Notes under the pieces: generated by a model | Databases searched by the model: none | What the model was told of the DNA's origin: nothing | Seen by the model: only the letters and a program-made list of their open reading frames with translations | Position numbers and translations under genes: made by a program | From: an uncultured delta proteobacterium | GTDB lineage: Bacteria > Myxococcota > Myxococcia > Myxococcales > Anaeromyxobacteraceae | Reading direction: 5' to 3' | Assembly (NCBI GenBank): GCA_963845515.1 | Contig: CAWJSR010000028.1 | Coordinates: forward strand, 32,001-96,000 | DNA length: 64,000 bases | Shown: in pieces, positions 1 through 9,955 of the stretch | Layout: each line of letters opens with the position of its first letter | Position numbering within the stretch: the stretch's first letter is position 1

Positions 1-1184
1 TCGCGCCCGTCGAAGGGGGGGCGCGGCGCGCCGGCCTTGATCCCGACCCTCACGCCGTAGGCGGCGACCAGCACGATCATGAGGAGGCCGGGGACCAGGC
101 CGCCGATGAAGAGGTGATCGATCGGCGCGTTGGCGACGACGGCGTAGAGGATCACGGGGAGCGAGGGCGGGAAGAGCAGCCCGAGCGATCCGGAGGCGGT
201 GACGAGCCCCACGGAGAAGGGCTCGGGGTACTTCTCCTCGAGGAGCGATGGCAGCAGGAGGCCGCCCAGCGCCAGGATCGTGACGCCCGAGGCGCCAGTG
301 AAGGTCGTGAAGACGGCGCAGACGGAGGCGACCATCACCGCCACGCCGCCCGGCATCCAGCCGAAGATCCCCTTGTAGGCCCGCACGAGCCGGGCCGCGG
401 ACCCACCCTCGGCCAGGATGTAGCCGGCGACAGTGAGGAGCGGGATGGCCGGGAGCGTCGCCGAGGCGACCAGGTTGAAGGTCGCGGTGGGGACGGCGGC
501 GATCGCCTGCGGCCCGGACTCCATGAAGAAGAGCGCCATCCCGATGCCGCCCATGGCGACGAAGACGGGCGCGCCGAGCAGGAAGGCCGCGATGACCAGG
601 AGCGAGAGGAAGAGCGCCAGGTTGGAGGAGCCCTCCGCCAACCCGAGCAGGAAGGCGGCGCAGGCGAACGCGAGGACCCCAGCCCGCTCGAGCCAGCGCC
701 AGCGCCCCTCGCCGGCGGCCCAGGCGAACCGGAGCGACATGGCGGCGAAGCCGATCGGCATCACCAGCTGGCTCCAGGCGACCCTGATCCCGAAGGCGAC
801 GATCCCCTGGCTGTCCCACTCCGAGCGGACGAGCGCCAGCGAGGCGAAGCCGAGGAGCCCGACCGTCGCGGCGGAGATCGCGTGGGCGTAGAGCCGGGCG
901 CTGCGGCGGGGCCAGCCTTCGGGGAGCAGCTCCTGCGTGGAGAGCCCGAGGTGGCGCCCGGTCGCGGTCGCGAGCAGGGCGCCGAGGAAGCCGATCCAGA
1001 GCGTGATGTGCTGGGCGAGGATCGACGCGCCCGGCACGTCGCGCCCGCCGAGCCGCCGCCAGGCTGCGCTCGCGGCCGGGAGGGCGATCATGGCAAGGAG
1101 CAGGAAGGTGGTCGGCCAGCGCTCGAGGCGGGTGCCAATCTTCTCGTTGTTCTGGGACCCCGACGTGGGGTTCGGCGTGCTCAC
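1..1184 (-). CDS. TRAP/TPAT transporter fused small+large permease (DctQM-like), runs off window start
   Basis: Manual minus-strand translation from GTG 1184 (GAGG RBS upstream): MSTPNPTSGSQNNEKIG...HITLWIGFLGALLAT...PTLPAIPLLT...FTGASGVTILALGG...GSLGLLFPPSLPVILYAVV, which are DctM motifs; next to tatT/dctP. Confidence 0.85.
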   Translation of the reverse strand, partial: MSTPNPTSGSQNNEKIGTRLERWPTTFLLLAMIALPAASAAWRRLGGRDVPGASILAQHITLWIGFLGALLATATGRHLGLSTQELLPEGWPRRSARLYAHAISAATVGLLGFASLALVRSEWDSQGIVAFGIRVAWSQLVMPIGFAAMSLRFAWAAGEGRWRWLERAGVLAFACAAFLLGLAEGSSNLALFLSLLVIAAFLLGAPVFVAMGGIGMALFFMESGPQAIAAVPTATFNLVASATLPAIPLLTVAGYILAEGGSAARLVRAYKGIFGWMPGGVAVMVASVCAVFTTFTGASGVTILALGGLLLPSLLEEKYPEPFSVGLVTASGSLGLLFPPSLPVILYAVVANAPIDHLFIGGLVPGLLMIVLVAAYGVRVGIKAGAPRPPFDGR

Positions 1185-1220
1185 GATCTACCTCGTTGAC
1201 CGGTCCGGCGGCGGGGGCTA

Positions 1221-2168
1221 ATGACTACCACGAACCATCCTTCTGGAAGCCCCGTGAATCGACTGCTGATCGCCCCCATCGCGCTGGCCGCGCTCCTGTC
1301 CAACACCGGCTGCAAGTCGGTCACCGTCGGCTTCGTCGCGGACGCCATCTCGGGCGGCGGCGGCGCGATGTCGCAGGACGACGACCCCGAGCTGGTGCGC
1401 GACGCCATCCCGTTTGCGCTCAAGACGATGGAGGGGCTCCTCGAGGAGGCCCCGCACCACGAGGGGCTCCTGCTCTCGCTCGCGAGCGGCTTCACCCAGT
1501 ACGGCTACGCCTTCGTCGCCTCCGACGCGGAGGTCGCCGACCAGAGGGGCGACCTCGCCACGGCCCGCGCGGGACGCGAGCGTGCGAGGAAGCTCTTCCT
1601 GCGCGCGCGTGACTACGGCCTGCGCGGGCTCGATGAGCACGAGAAGGGGATCTCGAAGCGCCTCCAGCCCGGCCCGGAGCTCGCGAGGGCGCTCGCCGAG
1701 CTGGACGACAAGGAGGACGTACCGTTCCTCTACTGGACCGCCGCCTCCTGGTCGCTCGCCATCTCCAACGGCAAGGGGGACATGGCGCTCGTCGCCGAGC
1801 TGCCCGCGCCGATCGCGATGATGGAGCGCGCGCTCGCGCTCGACGAGTCCTGGGGCGAGGGGGCGCTCCACGAGTACTTCCTCGTGCTGGATCCGGGGAG
1901 GACCGCCAGCGAGGGGGGCGGGGTCGAGAAGGCCAAGCAGCACTACGCGCGGGCGCTCGCCCTCTCCAAGAATAAGAAGCTGGGGCCGCACGTCTCGTAC
2001 GCCGAGGGAGTGCTCGTCAAGGCGCAGGACCGGGAGGCCTTCACCCGCCTCCTCGAGGAGGTGCTGCGCGCGGACCCGAACGCCGACAAGCCGCACCGGC
2101 TCGAGAACGTGCTGGCGCAGCGCCGGGCGCGCGCCCTCCTCGGCCTCGTCGATGACCTCTTCCTGTAG
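1221..2168 (+). CDS. TRAP transporter TatT component (TPR-like lipoprotein); true start may be GTG 1254
   Basis: Lipobox LLSNTGC; DDDPELVRDAIPFALKTME motif; adjacent to TRAP binding protein and permease. Confidence 0.85.
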   Translation: MTTTNHPSGSPVNRLLIAPIALAALLSNTGCKSVTVGFVADAISGGGGAMSQDDDPELVRDAIPFALKTMEGLLEEAPHHEGLLLSLASGFTQYGYAFVASDAEVADQRGDLATARAGRERARKLFLRARDYGLRGLDEHEKGISKRLQPGPELARALAELDDKEDVPFLYWTAASWSLAISNGKGDMALVAELPAPIAMMERALALDESWGEGALHEYFLVLDPGRTASEGGGVEKAKQHYARALALSKNKKLGPHVSYAEGVLVKAQDREAFTRLLEEVLRADPNADKPHRLENVLAQRRARALLGLVDDLFL

Positions 2169-2205
2169 AACCGCCGTGCCGCTGCCGTCTGGAGAAGGAG
2201 CTCAC

Positions 2206-3192
2206 GTGAAGAAACTCGCGCTCGCTGCCATCCTCGCCTGCCTCGCGCTCCCAGCGGGGGCGCAGGTCACCATCAAGCTCGGCACGCTCGCGCCGCAGGG
2301 CTCCACCTGGCACGAGCTGCTCAAGGAGATGGCGCAGCGCTGGGAGCAGGTCTCCGGCGGCAAGGTGAAGCTGAAGGTCTACGCCGGCGGCGTGCAGGGG
2401 TCTGAAGGGGACATGGTCCGCAAGATGGGGATCAACCAGCTCCAGGCCGTGGCCATCAGCAACGTCGGCATGCACGACGTCATCTCGGAGCCGCAGGCGC
2501 TGGCAGTGCCGATGCTCTTCGCCGACGAGGCGGAGATGATGTGCGTCTTCGAGAAGGTGCGCCCGCGGATCGAGTCGGCGCTGGCCACCAAGAACCTCCT
2601 CGCCCTCCACTGGTCCAAGATCGGGGAGTTCCGCTTCTTCTGCAACGCGCCCTTCAAGACGCCGGCCGAGGCGAAGGACGCCAAGGTCTTCTGCTGGGAC
2701 GGCGATCCGAAGAGCGAGGCGGCCTGGCGCGCCAGCGGCTACCGGCCGGTGGTCCTCTCCGGCTCCGACATCTACCCGTCCTTCCAGACCGGGATGCTCG
2801 ACTGCATCGCCAACGTGCCGTCACTCATCCTCACGATGCGCGTCTTCGAGAAGGCGAAGTACATGGTGGACACGCCCTGGGGGAACCTCCTCGGCGCGAC
2901 GCTCGTCCGCAAGGACACCTGGGAGAAGATCGAGCCGGGGCTGCGCGAGCAGCTCGCCGGCGTGGCGCGCGAGCTGGGCCACAGGGTCGACGTCGAGGTG
3001 GCCCGGCTGAACGCCGACGCCATCAGCGCGATGAAGAAGCAGGGGCTCTCCTCGGTGGCGGTCGATCCGACGCCGTGGCGGCTGGCCGCCGAGAAGTCCT
3101 GGCCGGTCGTGCGCGGCGGCGTCGTCCCGGCCGACTTCTTCGACCAGGTGAAGGGCGCCCGCGACGCCTGCCGGGCGGCGAAGAAGAAGTAG
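2206..3192 (+). CDS. dctP: TRAP transporter substrate-binding protein DctP/TatP
   Basis: GTG start after AAGGAG; signal peptide; IKLGTLAPQGSTW and YAGGVQGSEGDMVRKM motifs. Confidence 0.9.
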   Translation: MKKLALAAILACLALPAGAQVTIKLGTLAPQGSTWHELLKEMAQRWEQVSGGKVKLKVYAGGVQGSEGDMVRKMGINQLQAVAISNVGMHDVISEPQALAVPMLFADEAEMMCVFEKVRPRIESALATKNLLALHWSKIGEFRFFCNAPFKTPAEAKDAKVFCWDGDPKSEAAWRASGYRPVVLSGSDIYPSFQTGMLDCIANVPSLILTMRVFEKAKYMVDTPWGNLLGATLVRKDTWEKIEPGLREQLAGVARELGHRVDVEVARLNADAISAMKKQGLSSVAVDPTPWRLAAEKSWPVVRGGVVPADFFDQVKGARDACRAAKKK

Positions 3193-3236
3193 CGCGGCCG
3201 GCGGGAACGGCGAGCGCGAAGACGGGAGGTCGGTGC

Positions 3237-4151
3237 ATGCTCCGGAAGAGCCAGCTCGTCGAGGGTCGCCTGCAGCCGGTCGAGGACGGGCCGGTCTGGC
3301 TCGTCTCCGCGCCCGACGAGGCGGAGCGGCGGCTGCTCGTGGACGGCCTGAAGGTCGACGAGCACACGCTCAACTCGGCCCTCGACCCCGACGAGCTCGC
3401 CCGCTTCGAGGTCGAGCCCGAGCACCTCGCGATCATCCTCAAGCGGCCGAAGAGCTACTCGAAGGAGGACGACTTCCTCTTCAAGGTGCTCTCGAACGGC
3501 CTCTTCCTCTTCAAGGACAAGCTGATCGTGGTGATGGCCGAGGAGGCCCCCGTCCTCGACGCCGGCCGGCTCCCGTACAAGGGGACGGCCGTGCCGGTCG
3601 ACGTGCTGCTCCGGATCCTCTACCGGACCATCTTCCACTTCCTGGAGCACCTGCGCGTCATCGGCATGCTCTCCGACTCGCTCGAGCGGCGGGTGAACCA
3701 GTCCTTCGACAACCGGCACCTGCTCAACCTCTTCAAGCTGCAGAAGAGCCTCGTCTACTACGTGTCGGCGATCAGCTCGAACGGGATCGCGCTGGAGAAG
3801 CTCAAGACGCACGGGCCGCGGCAGGGCTTCACGCAGGAGCAGCTGGAGTTCCTCGACGACATCCTGATCGAGAACCAGCAGTGCTTCCGGCAGGCGGAGA
3901 TCGCCTCCAACATCCTCGCGAGCCTCATGGACGCGCGCGTCTCGGTGGTGTCGAACAACCTGAACCTCACGATGAAGACGCTCACCATCATCACGCTGAC
4001 GATCATGGTGCCGACGTTCGTCGTGAGCGCCTTCTCGATGAACGTGCCGATCCCGTTCGCCGAGCACCCGTGGTCGTTCTGGATGGTGCTCGGCCTCGCG
4101 GTGACCTCCTCGGGCGCGTTCCTCACGTGGGGCCGCTACAAGAAGTGGTGA
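3237..4151 (+). CDS. corA: CorA-family Mg2+/divalent cation transporter
   Basis: ATG after GGAGG; ALDPDELARFE; C-terminal two TM helices with SAFSMNV (GMN-like) signature. Confidence 0.85.
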   Translation: MLRKSQLVEGRLQPVEDGPVWLVSAPDEAERRLLVDGLKVDEHTLNSALDPDELARFEVEPEHLAIILKRPKSYSKEDDFLFKVLSNGLFLFKDKLIVVMAEEAPVLDAGRLPYKGTAVPVDVLLRILYRTIFHFLEHLRVIGMLSDSLERRVNQSFDNRHLLNLFKLQKSLVYYVSAISSNGIALEKLKTHGPRQGFTQEQLEFLDDILIENQQCFRQAEIASNILASLMDARVSVVSNNLNLTMKTLTIITLTIMVPTFVVSAFSMNVPIPFAEHPWSFWMVLGLAVTSSGAFLTWGRYKKW

Positions 4152-4199
4152 GGGCGGTCGAGCAGGATCTCGGCGGCGGGCGGCCTCGTCGCATGCGCT

Positions 4200-4398
4200 G
4201 CTCGCCGCCCCCGCGGGGGAGAGGCTGGGTGAGGGGGCGTCGTGCGCCCGCCTCGTCTCGAGCCGCTCGCCTCCGAGCGCTCCGTGAGCTCCGTCGGACT
4301 TCGCCGGGACTCGGCCGACGCCCTGCTCCCCCACCGGGGGAGAGGGCGACGCAGCCCAAAATGAGGCTAATGGTCAGCCGCCTGCGGGGGAGAGGGGA
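4200..4398. repeat. Cluster of REP-like palindromic intergenic elements (CCCTCTCCC...GGGGGAGAGGG...GGTGAGGGG family)
   Basis: CTCGCCGCCCCCGCGGGGGAGAGGCTGGGTGAGGGG (~4201-4236), CCCTGCTCCCCCACCGGGGGAGAGGG (4321-4346), GCGGGGGAGAGGGG (~4384-4397); located between convergent genes. Confidence 0.6.
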
Positions 4399-4419
4399 TG
4401 TAACCAGGGGTGACGCTAC

Positions 4420-5319
4420 CTACTTCTTCGCCTTGGCCTTGCGCGCCGGCTTCGGCGGCGGGGCCGGGACCACGTCGGGGCCGGCCGCCTCCTCGGCGGT
4501 GAGGGTCGGCGGCGCCATCCCCTCGGCGTTCACGAGCACGATCTCGATCCGCCTGTTGATGCTGCGCCCCTCGGGCGTGTCGTTGGCGCCGATGGGCTGG
4601 TACTCGCCGTAGCCTGCGCCTGCGAGCTTGGTCGGATCGACCCCCTGGTCCTGCAGGACGCGGACGACCGCGAGCGCGCGAGCCGCCGAGAGCTCCCAGT
4701 TCGAGGCGAAGGTGGAGCCGCCGGCCGGGACGTTGTCGGTGTGCCCCTCCACGCGGATCACCTTGCCCTGGATGTTGCGGAGCGCCTCGGCGACGCGGGC
4801 GAGGGCGTCGGCCCCCTCCTTGCCGATGGTGGCCGAGCCGGACGAGAAGAGGATCTTGTCCTTCATCTTCACCGTCATCTTGCCCTTGAGCTCGGAGAGC
4901 TCGATCCGGCCGGACTCGATCTCACCCTTGAGCGACTGGGCCAGCTGCTCGTACTCGGAGCTCCGCTTCTCGAGCTCGGCCTTGGCGACCTCCAGGCGCT
5001 TCTTCGACTTGGCCAGCTCGTCGATGAGCGCAGCCTGGGAGGCCAGCAGGTCCTGGGCCTTGCGCAGCTCTGCCTGCTTCGCGGTCAGGTTGTCCTCGTC
5101 GCTCCTGGCCTTCGTCTGCAGCGCCTTGACGTCGGTCTGCATCGACTCGAAATCGCGCTGGACGGCCTCGAACTGGGAGCGGATGGCCTTGCGGGCCTCG
5201 ACCTCCTTCTGCCAGTCCGTCCTGTACTTGTCGGCCTCCTGCTCCTTGACGCGGTACTTCTGCTGCGAGACGCAGCCGGTCAACGCGATCACGGCGGCGA
5301 GGGCGATTCCAATGCGCAT
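4420..5319 (-). CDS. OmpA/MotB-family peptidoglycan-binding lipoprotein with coiled coil
   Basis: Lipobox ALTGC; long coiled coil; ILFSSGSA, VEGHTDN, NWELSAARA and NRRIEI motifs. Confidence 0.9.
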   Translation of the reverse strand: MRIGIALAAVIALTGCVSQQKYRVKEQEADKYRTDWQKEVEARKAIRSQFEAVQRDFESMQTDVKALQTKARSDEDNLTAKQAELRKAQDLLASQAALIDELAKSKKRLEVAKAELEKRSSEYEQLAQSLKGEIESGRIELSELKGKMTVKMKDKILFSSGSATIGKEGADALARVAEALRNIQGKVIRVEGHTDNVPAGGSTFASNWELSAARALAVVRVLQDQGVDPTKLAGAGYGEYQPIGANDTPEGRSINRRIEIVLVNAEGMAPPTLTAEEAAGPDVVPAPPPKPARKAKAKK

Positions 5320-5515
5320 GTGGCCTCCAACTGGGGCGTGTGGCTTCAAGAGGGCGCAATAGTACACCGCCGGTCATCTGCGGAAGGACTTCAACGTACG
5401 TTCGGGGTCACCCCCCCGGAATCCTTCGCCAAAGCAACGCCCCGTCGTGGTCAGCCGACACCGCCCGGCCCGGGTTGACACCCCCGCGGAAGCGGGCTGT
5501 AACGAATCGAAGGGA

Positions 5516-6460
5516 ATGAGAGCGATGGCGGAGAACGAAGCGGCATCATCAGGCGCGGTCTTCGGGCGCGTCGGCGGCCCGCGCGTCCCCTTTCCGGAGC
5601 GCGGCGTCGTGATCGGCCTGCGCTGGAGCGGGGCCGAAGGGGCAGGAAACCAGATCATCGCGGCCAAGCTGGAGCTCGAGCCGGACCGGGCCCGGCTCGT
5701 TCGGCTCTGGCGTCCGTTCGGCGACGCTCCGGGCCGCCGGGACATCAAGCACGGCTTCGCGAAGTGGCTGGCGGAGGAGAGCCGCTGGGCGGAGGGGACG
5801 CTCGCCGTCGGGCTGGACTTCGCCTTCTCGCTCGCGGAGACGCACCTCCGGCAGCTCGGCCTGCTGCGGCAGGCGCTGCAGGGACCGCCGGCGCTCGGCC
5901 GCCAGCTGGAGGAGCGCTTCCTCGGCGAGCGCGGCGACTTCACCGAGGCGGCGGCGCGTTTCCGGAACGAGCTGGGGAAGGATCGCCCCCGGCTGACCGA
6001 CGGCTACCGGGCGGAGCCGCACACGCCGACCCACGCGCGCACGTACCGCGGCACCTTCTTCGGCCTCTGCGCGCTCTCGGGCGTGGACGCCAGCTTCCCG
6101 CCATGGGATCCGCCGCAGCCCGGGCGCCCGACCGTCGTGGAGGTCCGGCCGGGCCACGTGGCGCGGGTGCTCGCGGGCATCGGCACCCACCGCGACGACG
6201 CGAAGGACGGCGTCAGCCGCGCGGGGCTGCGCGCGGGGCTCCTGCGCACGCTACGCTCCGCGTGCAGGCTCGAGTTCGAGATGGAGCAGGCGGCGCAGGC
6301 GGTGGAGGACGGGAAGGGCGAGTTCTTCGATGCGGTCCTCGCCGCCGTCGCCACTGCGGGCGCATGGGGCGATGGCTTCACCGGGGTTCCGGCCAACGTC
6401 CCCCGCTGCGAGGGCTGGATCCACTCGGTCCGCGAGGAGCCGTGGCGGACGGCGCAGTGA
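5516..6460 (+). CDS. Hypothetical protein, DUF429-like (predicted RNase H-like fold)
   Basis: Coding-like codon bias; AVGLDFAFS, TVVEVRP, FFDAVLAAV and EGWI motifs resemble DUF429 proteins. Confidence 0.55.
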   Translation: MRAMAENEAASSGAVFGRVGGPRVPFPERGVVIGLRWSGAEGAGNQIIAAKLELEPDRARLVRLWRPFGDAPGRRDIKHGFAKWLAEESRWAEGTLAVGLDFAFSLAETHLRQLGLLRQALQGPPALGRQLEERFLGERGDFTEAAARFRNELGKDRPRLTDGYRAEPHTPTHARTYRGTFFGLCALSGVDASFPPWDPPQPGRPTVVEVRPGHVARVLAGIGTHRDDAKDGVSRAGLRAGLLRTLRSACRLEFEMEQAAQAVEDGKGEFFDAVLAAVATAGAWGDGFTGVPANVPRCEGWIHSVREEPWRTAQ

Positions 6461-7086
6461 GCGCTCGCCGAGCCGGGGCGTCGGTCGTCGCTGCGCTGGA
6501 GGAGCTGCAGGCGGAGATCCGGGCCTTCCGCCCTCGTGGCTTCGGCCCGCCGGTCCACGCCGCGCCCATCCCGAGCCGCATCCTGCTCGTCGGGCAGGCC
6601 CCAGGGCCGCACGAGGCGCGGATCGGGCGCCCGTTCGCCTGGACCGCCGGGAAGACGCTGTTCCGCTGGCTGCGCGAGGCGACCGGCGCCGACGAGGAGC
6701 TGGTGCGCGAGCGCATTTACATCGCCGCGGTCGTCCGCTGCTTCCCCGGGAAGGCGCGAGGCGGCGGCGACCGGGTCCCGACCCCCGCGGAGGTGGCGCG
6801 CTGGCGCGGCTTCCTCGCGCGCGAGGTGGAGCTCATGCGCCCGACGCTCGTGCTCCCGGTGGGGCGGCTCGCCATCTCCGAGGTGCTCGGGCGCGAGGCG
6901 CCGCTCGCCGAGGTGGTCGGACGGGCGCTGCGGCTCGACTACCACGGGGTGGAGGCCGACGTGATCCCGCTGCCGCACCCGTCCGGCGCGTCGACCTGGT
7001 TCAAGATGGAGCCCGGCAAGACGCTGCTCGCGCAGGCGCTCAGGCTCGTGGCTGAGCACCCCGAGGTGCGGAGGGCGTTCTCGTAG
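6457..7086 (+). CDS. Uracil-DNA glycosylase superfamily protein
   Basis: GTG overlaps upstream TGA; ILLVGQAPG, RPFAWTAG, RCFPGK and PLPHPSG motifs. Confidence 0.9.
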   Translation: MSARRAGASVVAALEELQAEIRAFRPRGFGPPVHAAPIPSRILLVGQAPGPHEARIGRPFAWTAGKTLFRWLREATGADEELVRERIYIAAVVRCFPGKARGGGDRVPTPAEVARWRGFLAREVELMRPTLVLPVGRLAISEVLGREAPLAEVVGRALRLDYHGVEADVIPLPHPSGASTWFKMEPGKTLLAQALRLVAEHPEVRRAFS

Positions 7087-7180
7087 CGCCCCGCGCCGCG
7101 ATGGAGGAGTGGTGCGGCCACGCGGGTGCGCCGGCCCTCCCCCGGGTGAGGTAGAGTTCCGGCAGGGGGGGACGCCGGCG

Positions 7181-9268
7181 ATGCCAACGTCGAACGCTGC
7201 CGGGGGGGCCGGCCTGATCGGTCTCGCGCTGCTCGCGTTCGCCTCGGGAACGGAGGCGGCCGGCGCGAGCCCGCCGCTGGCGCGCGAAGGGGAGTTCGTC
7301 GCCGCGCACCCGGTCTGGAGGGTCGGCGCCGATCCCTCCTGGCCGCCGTACACCTATCGGGCCGCCGACGGGACCTTGGCGGGGCTGGACGTCGAGCTCT
7401 CGCGAGTGCTCGGCGAGCGCGTCGGGGCGCGCCTCGAGTGGGTGAACGTCCAGAGCTGGGCGGAGGCGCTGCGCCTCTTCCGCGCCGGCGAGCTGGATCT
7501 CCTGATGGGCACCGCCCGCACCGCCGAGCGGGACGCGGAGATGCTCTTCACGCGCCCGTACGCGGCCTCCCCCGTGGCGGTGATCGCCAGGCTGGACTCG
7601 CCCTTCCTCGTCACGCTCCGCGACCTGGTCGGCAGGAGGGTCGCCGCGCCGGAGGGGCACGTCACGACCGATTACCTGCGCAAGCTGTCGCTCGAGCTGG
7701 AGCTCGAGGTCGCGCCCGACCTCGACGCCGCCCTGCGCGCCGTCGCCGGGGGGCGCGCCGACGCGATGGTGGCCGGGCTGATCCCGTCCGCGACCGCGAT
7801 CAACGCCCTGGGGCTCGACAACCTGAAGATCGCTGGGCTGCTGGACGCCCGCTTCGACCTCTGCGTGGCGGTCAGGCGCGACTGGCCCGAGGCGCGGGAC
7901 CTGCTCGATCGGGCCATCGCCCTGGACTCGCCCGAGGCGAAGATCGAGCGCTTCGACCGCTGGATCGCGCCGGTGATCGGGCTCCAGCGCCAGGCGTCGC
8001 ACTGGCGGCGGATGCTCCTGTGGGGGATGGGGGCGGCCGGCGCGCTGGGGCTGGGGCTCCTCCTCGCCGGCGTCTGGAACCGGTCGTTGGCGGCGCGCGT
8101 GACGAAGGCCACCGCGGCGATGGCGCGCGAGGTCGCCGCGCACGCCCGGAGCGAGACCCGCTTCCGCACCATGTTCGAGCAGGCGCCCATCGGCATGTTC
8201 CGGTCGACGCCCTCCGGGTCGTTCGTGTCGGTGAACGCCTTCCTCGCGCGGATGTTCGAGTTCGACTCGCCGGAGCAGATGGTGAGCGAGGTCAACCGCG
8301 TGGGGATCCCCGCCGCGCTCTTCGACGACCCGCGCCAGCGCGATCGGCTCGTGGCGGAGGTCGTGGAGCGGCCGGAGGCGCTCCTCGGCAGCCGGGTGCG
8401 CTACCGGAGCCGGACGGGACGGCCGATCGAGGCGCTCCTCTCGATGGCGGCGGTGGATGACCCGGAGAGCGGCGTGCGCTCGCTGCTCGGCTTCGTGCAG
8501 GACGTGACCGCCGAGGTCCGGGAGGAGGCGAGCCGGCGGCAGCGCGAGAAGCTGGTGGCGCTCGGGGAGCTGGCGAGCGGCGTGGCGCACGACTTCAACA
8601 ACCTGCTGGCCGTCATCCTCTCGGAGGCCGAGCTCCTCGCGGTGGACGCCCGGGAGCCCCGCGTCTCGGAGAGCGCGCGGAACATCCTGGCGTCGGTCGA
8701 CGGCGCGCGCGCGCTGACCGGCCGCCTGCTGCGGTTCGTCCGCACCGACGGCTCGGAGCGCCCGACGGTCTACGACGTGCGCGAGGCGGCCCGCGTCGCG
8801 CTGGAGCTCTTCGACACCGCCGTCGGGCCGGGGGTGAAGGTGGTGACCGCCCTCGCCGAGGCTCCGATCGAGGTGGAGGGGTACCGCACGGATCTGCAGA
8901 ACGCCGTGCTCAACCTCTGCTTCAACGCGCGCGACGCGATGCCGGGTGGCGGGACGCTAACGGTCCGGACGCGGCCGGTCGCGCTCTCCGCGGCCGACTG
9001 CGCGCGGCTGGCCCCGTTCAACCCCGCGCCGGGCGCCTTCGTGGAGATCGAGGTGGCCGACACCGGGACTGGCATGCGCCCCGGGGTGCGCGCGAGCTGC
9101 ACCGAGCCCTTCTTCACGACCAAGGGGGAGGCCGGGACGGGGCTTGGGCTCTGGATGGTCGCCGGCGTGGCCTCGAGCAGCGGGGGGGCGCTCAGGATCG
9201 AGTCGAGCCCCGGCGCCGGGACGTCGGTCGCGATCCTCCTCCCGGCGGCGGGAGCCCCGGCCGCCTAA
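7181..9268 (+). CDS. Sensor histidine kinase with periplasmic solute-binding (PBPb) and PAS domains
   Basis: [13 protein letters not shown] motif, TM helix, PAS, H-box [11 protein letters not shown]-box [22 protein letters not shown]. Confidence 0.9.
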   Translation: MPTSNAAGGAGLIGLALLAFASGTEAAGASPPLAREGEFVAAHPVWRVGADPSWPPYTYRAADGTLAGLDVELSRVLGERVGARLEWVNVQSWAEALRLFRAGELDLLMGTARTAERDAEMLFTRPYAASPVAVIARLDSPFLVTLRDLVGRRVAAPEGHVTTDYLRKLSLELELEVAPDLDAALRAVAGGRADAMVAGLIPSATAINALGLDNLKIAGLLDARFDLCVAVRRDWPEARDLLDRAIALDSPEAKIERFDRWIAPVIGLQRQASHWRRMLLWGMGAAGALGLGLLLAGVWNRSLAARVTKATAAMAREVAAHARSETRFRTMFEQAPIGMFRSTPSGSFVSVNAFLARMFEFDSPEQMVSEVNRVGIPAALFDDPRQRDRLVAEVVERPEALLGSRVRYRSRTGRPIEALLSMAAVDDPESGVRSLLGFVQDVTAEVREEASRRQREKLVALGELASGVAHDFNNLLAVILSEAELLAVDAREPRVSESARNILASVDGARALTGRLLRFVRTDGSERPTVYDVREAARVALELFDTAVGPGVKVVTALAEAPIEVEGYRTDLQNAVLNLCFNARDAMPGGGTLTVRTRPVALSAADCARLAPFNPAPGAFVEIEVADTGTGMRPGVRASCTEPFFTTKGEAGTGLGLWMVAGVASSSGGALRIESSPGAGTSVAILLPAAGAPAA

Positions 9269-9945
9269 GCCGGCCGGCGCCCTGCGAGCGCCGCGTCGCG
9301 GATGCCGGAGATCGCGGCGCGGTAGTCCTTCGCGCCGTAGACCGCCGAGCCGGCGACGAGGACGTTGGCGCCCGCCGCGGCGATCTCGCCCGCGGTCTCC
9401 GCCTTCACGCCGCCGTCGATCTGGATCTCGAGCGCCGGGTTGATCCGGTCGGCCAGCGCGCGGAGGCGGCGGATCTTCTCGGTGCAGGACGGGATGTACT
9501 TCTGGCCGCCGAAGCCCGGGTTCACCGTCATGACGAGGACCATCTCGCAGTCGGCGAGGACGTACTCGACCGCCTCGGCCGGCGTCGACGGGTTGAGCGC
9601 CACGGCTGGCCTCGCCCCCGCGGCGCGGATCGCCTGGAGCGTACGGTGCAGGTGGGGCGAGGCCTCCTGGTGGACCGAGATCACGTCGGCGCCCGCCTTC
9701 GCGAAGGCCTCCACGTACCGCTCGGGCTCGACGATCATGAGGTGCGCGTCGACCGGGAGCTTCGTGACCTTCCGGACGGCCTCGACCACGAGCGGGCCGA
9801 TCGTGATGTTCGGCACGAAGCGGCCGTCCATCACGTCGACGTGGATCCAGTCGGCCCCTGCCGCTTCGGCGGCCTGGACCTCCTCGGCGAGACGGCCGAA
9901 GTCGGCGGAGAGGATCGACGGGGCGATTCGGATCGGGAGCGCCAT
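9265..9945 (-). CDS. rpe: Ribulose-phosphate 3-epimerase
   Basis: [37 protein letters not shown]. Confidence 0.97.
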   Translation of the reverse strand: MALPIRIAPSILSADFGRLAEEVQAAEAAGADWIHVDVMDGRFVPNITIGPLVVEAVRKVTKLPVDAHLMIVEPERYVEAFAKAGADVISVHQEASPHLHRTLQAIRAAGARPAVALNPSTPAEAVEYVLADCEMVLVMTVNPGFGGQKYIPSCTEKIRRLRALADRINPALEIQIDGGVKAETAGEIAAAGANVLVAGSAVYGAKDYRAAISGIRDAALAGRRPA

Positions 9946-9955
9946 GCGGCGCAGT

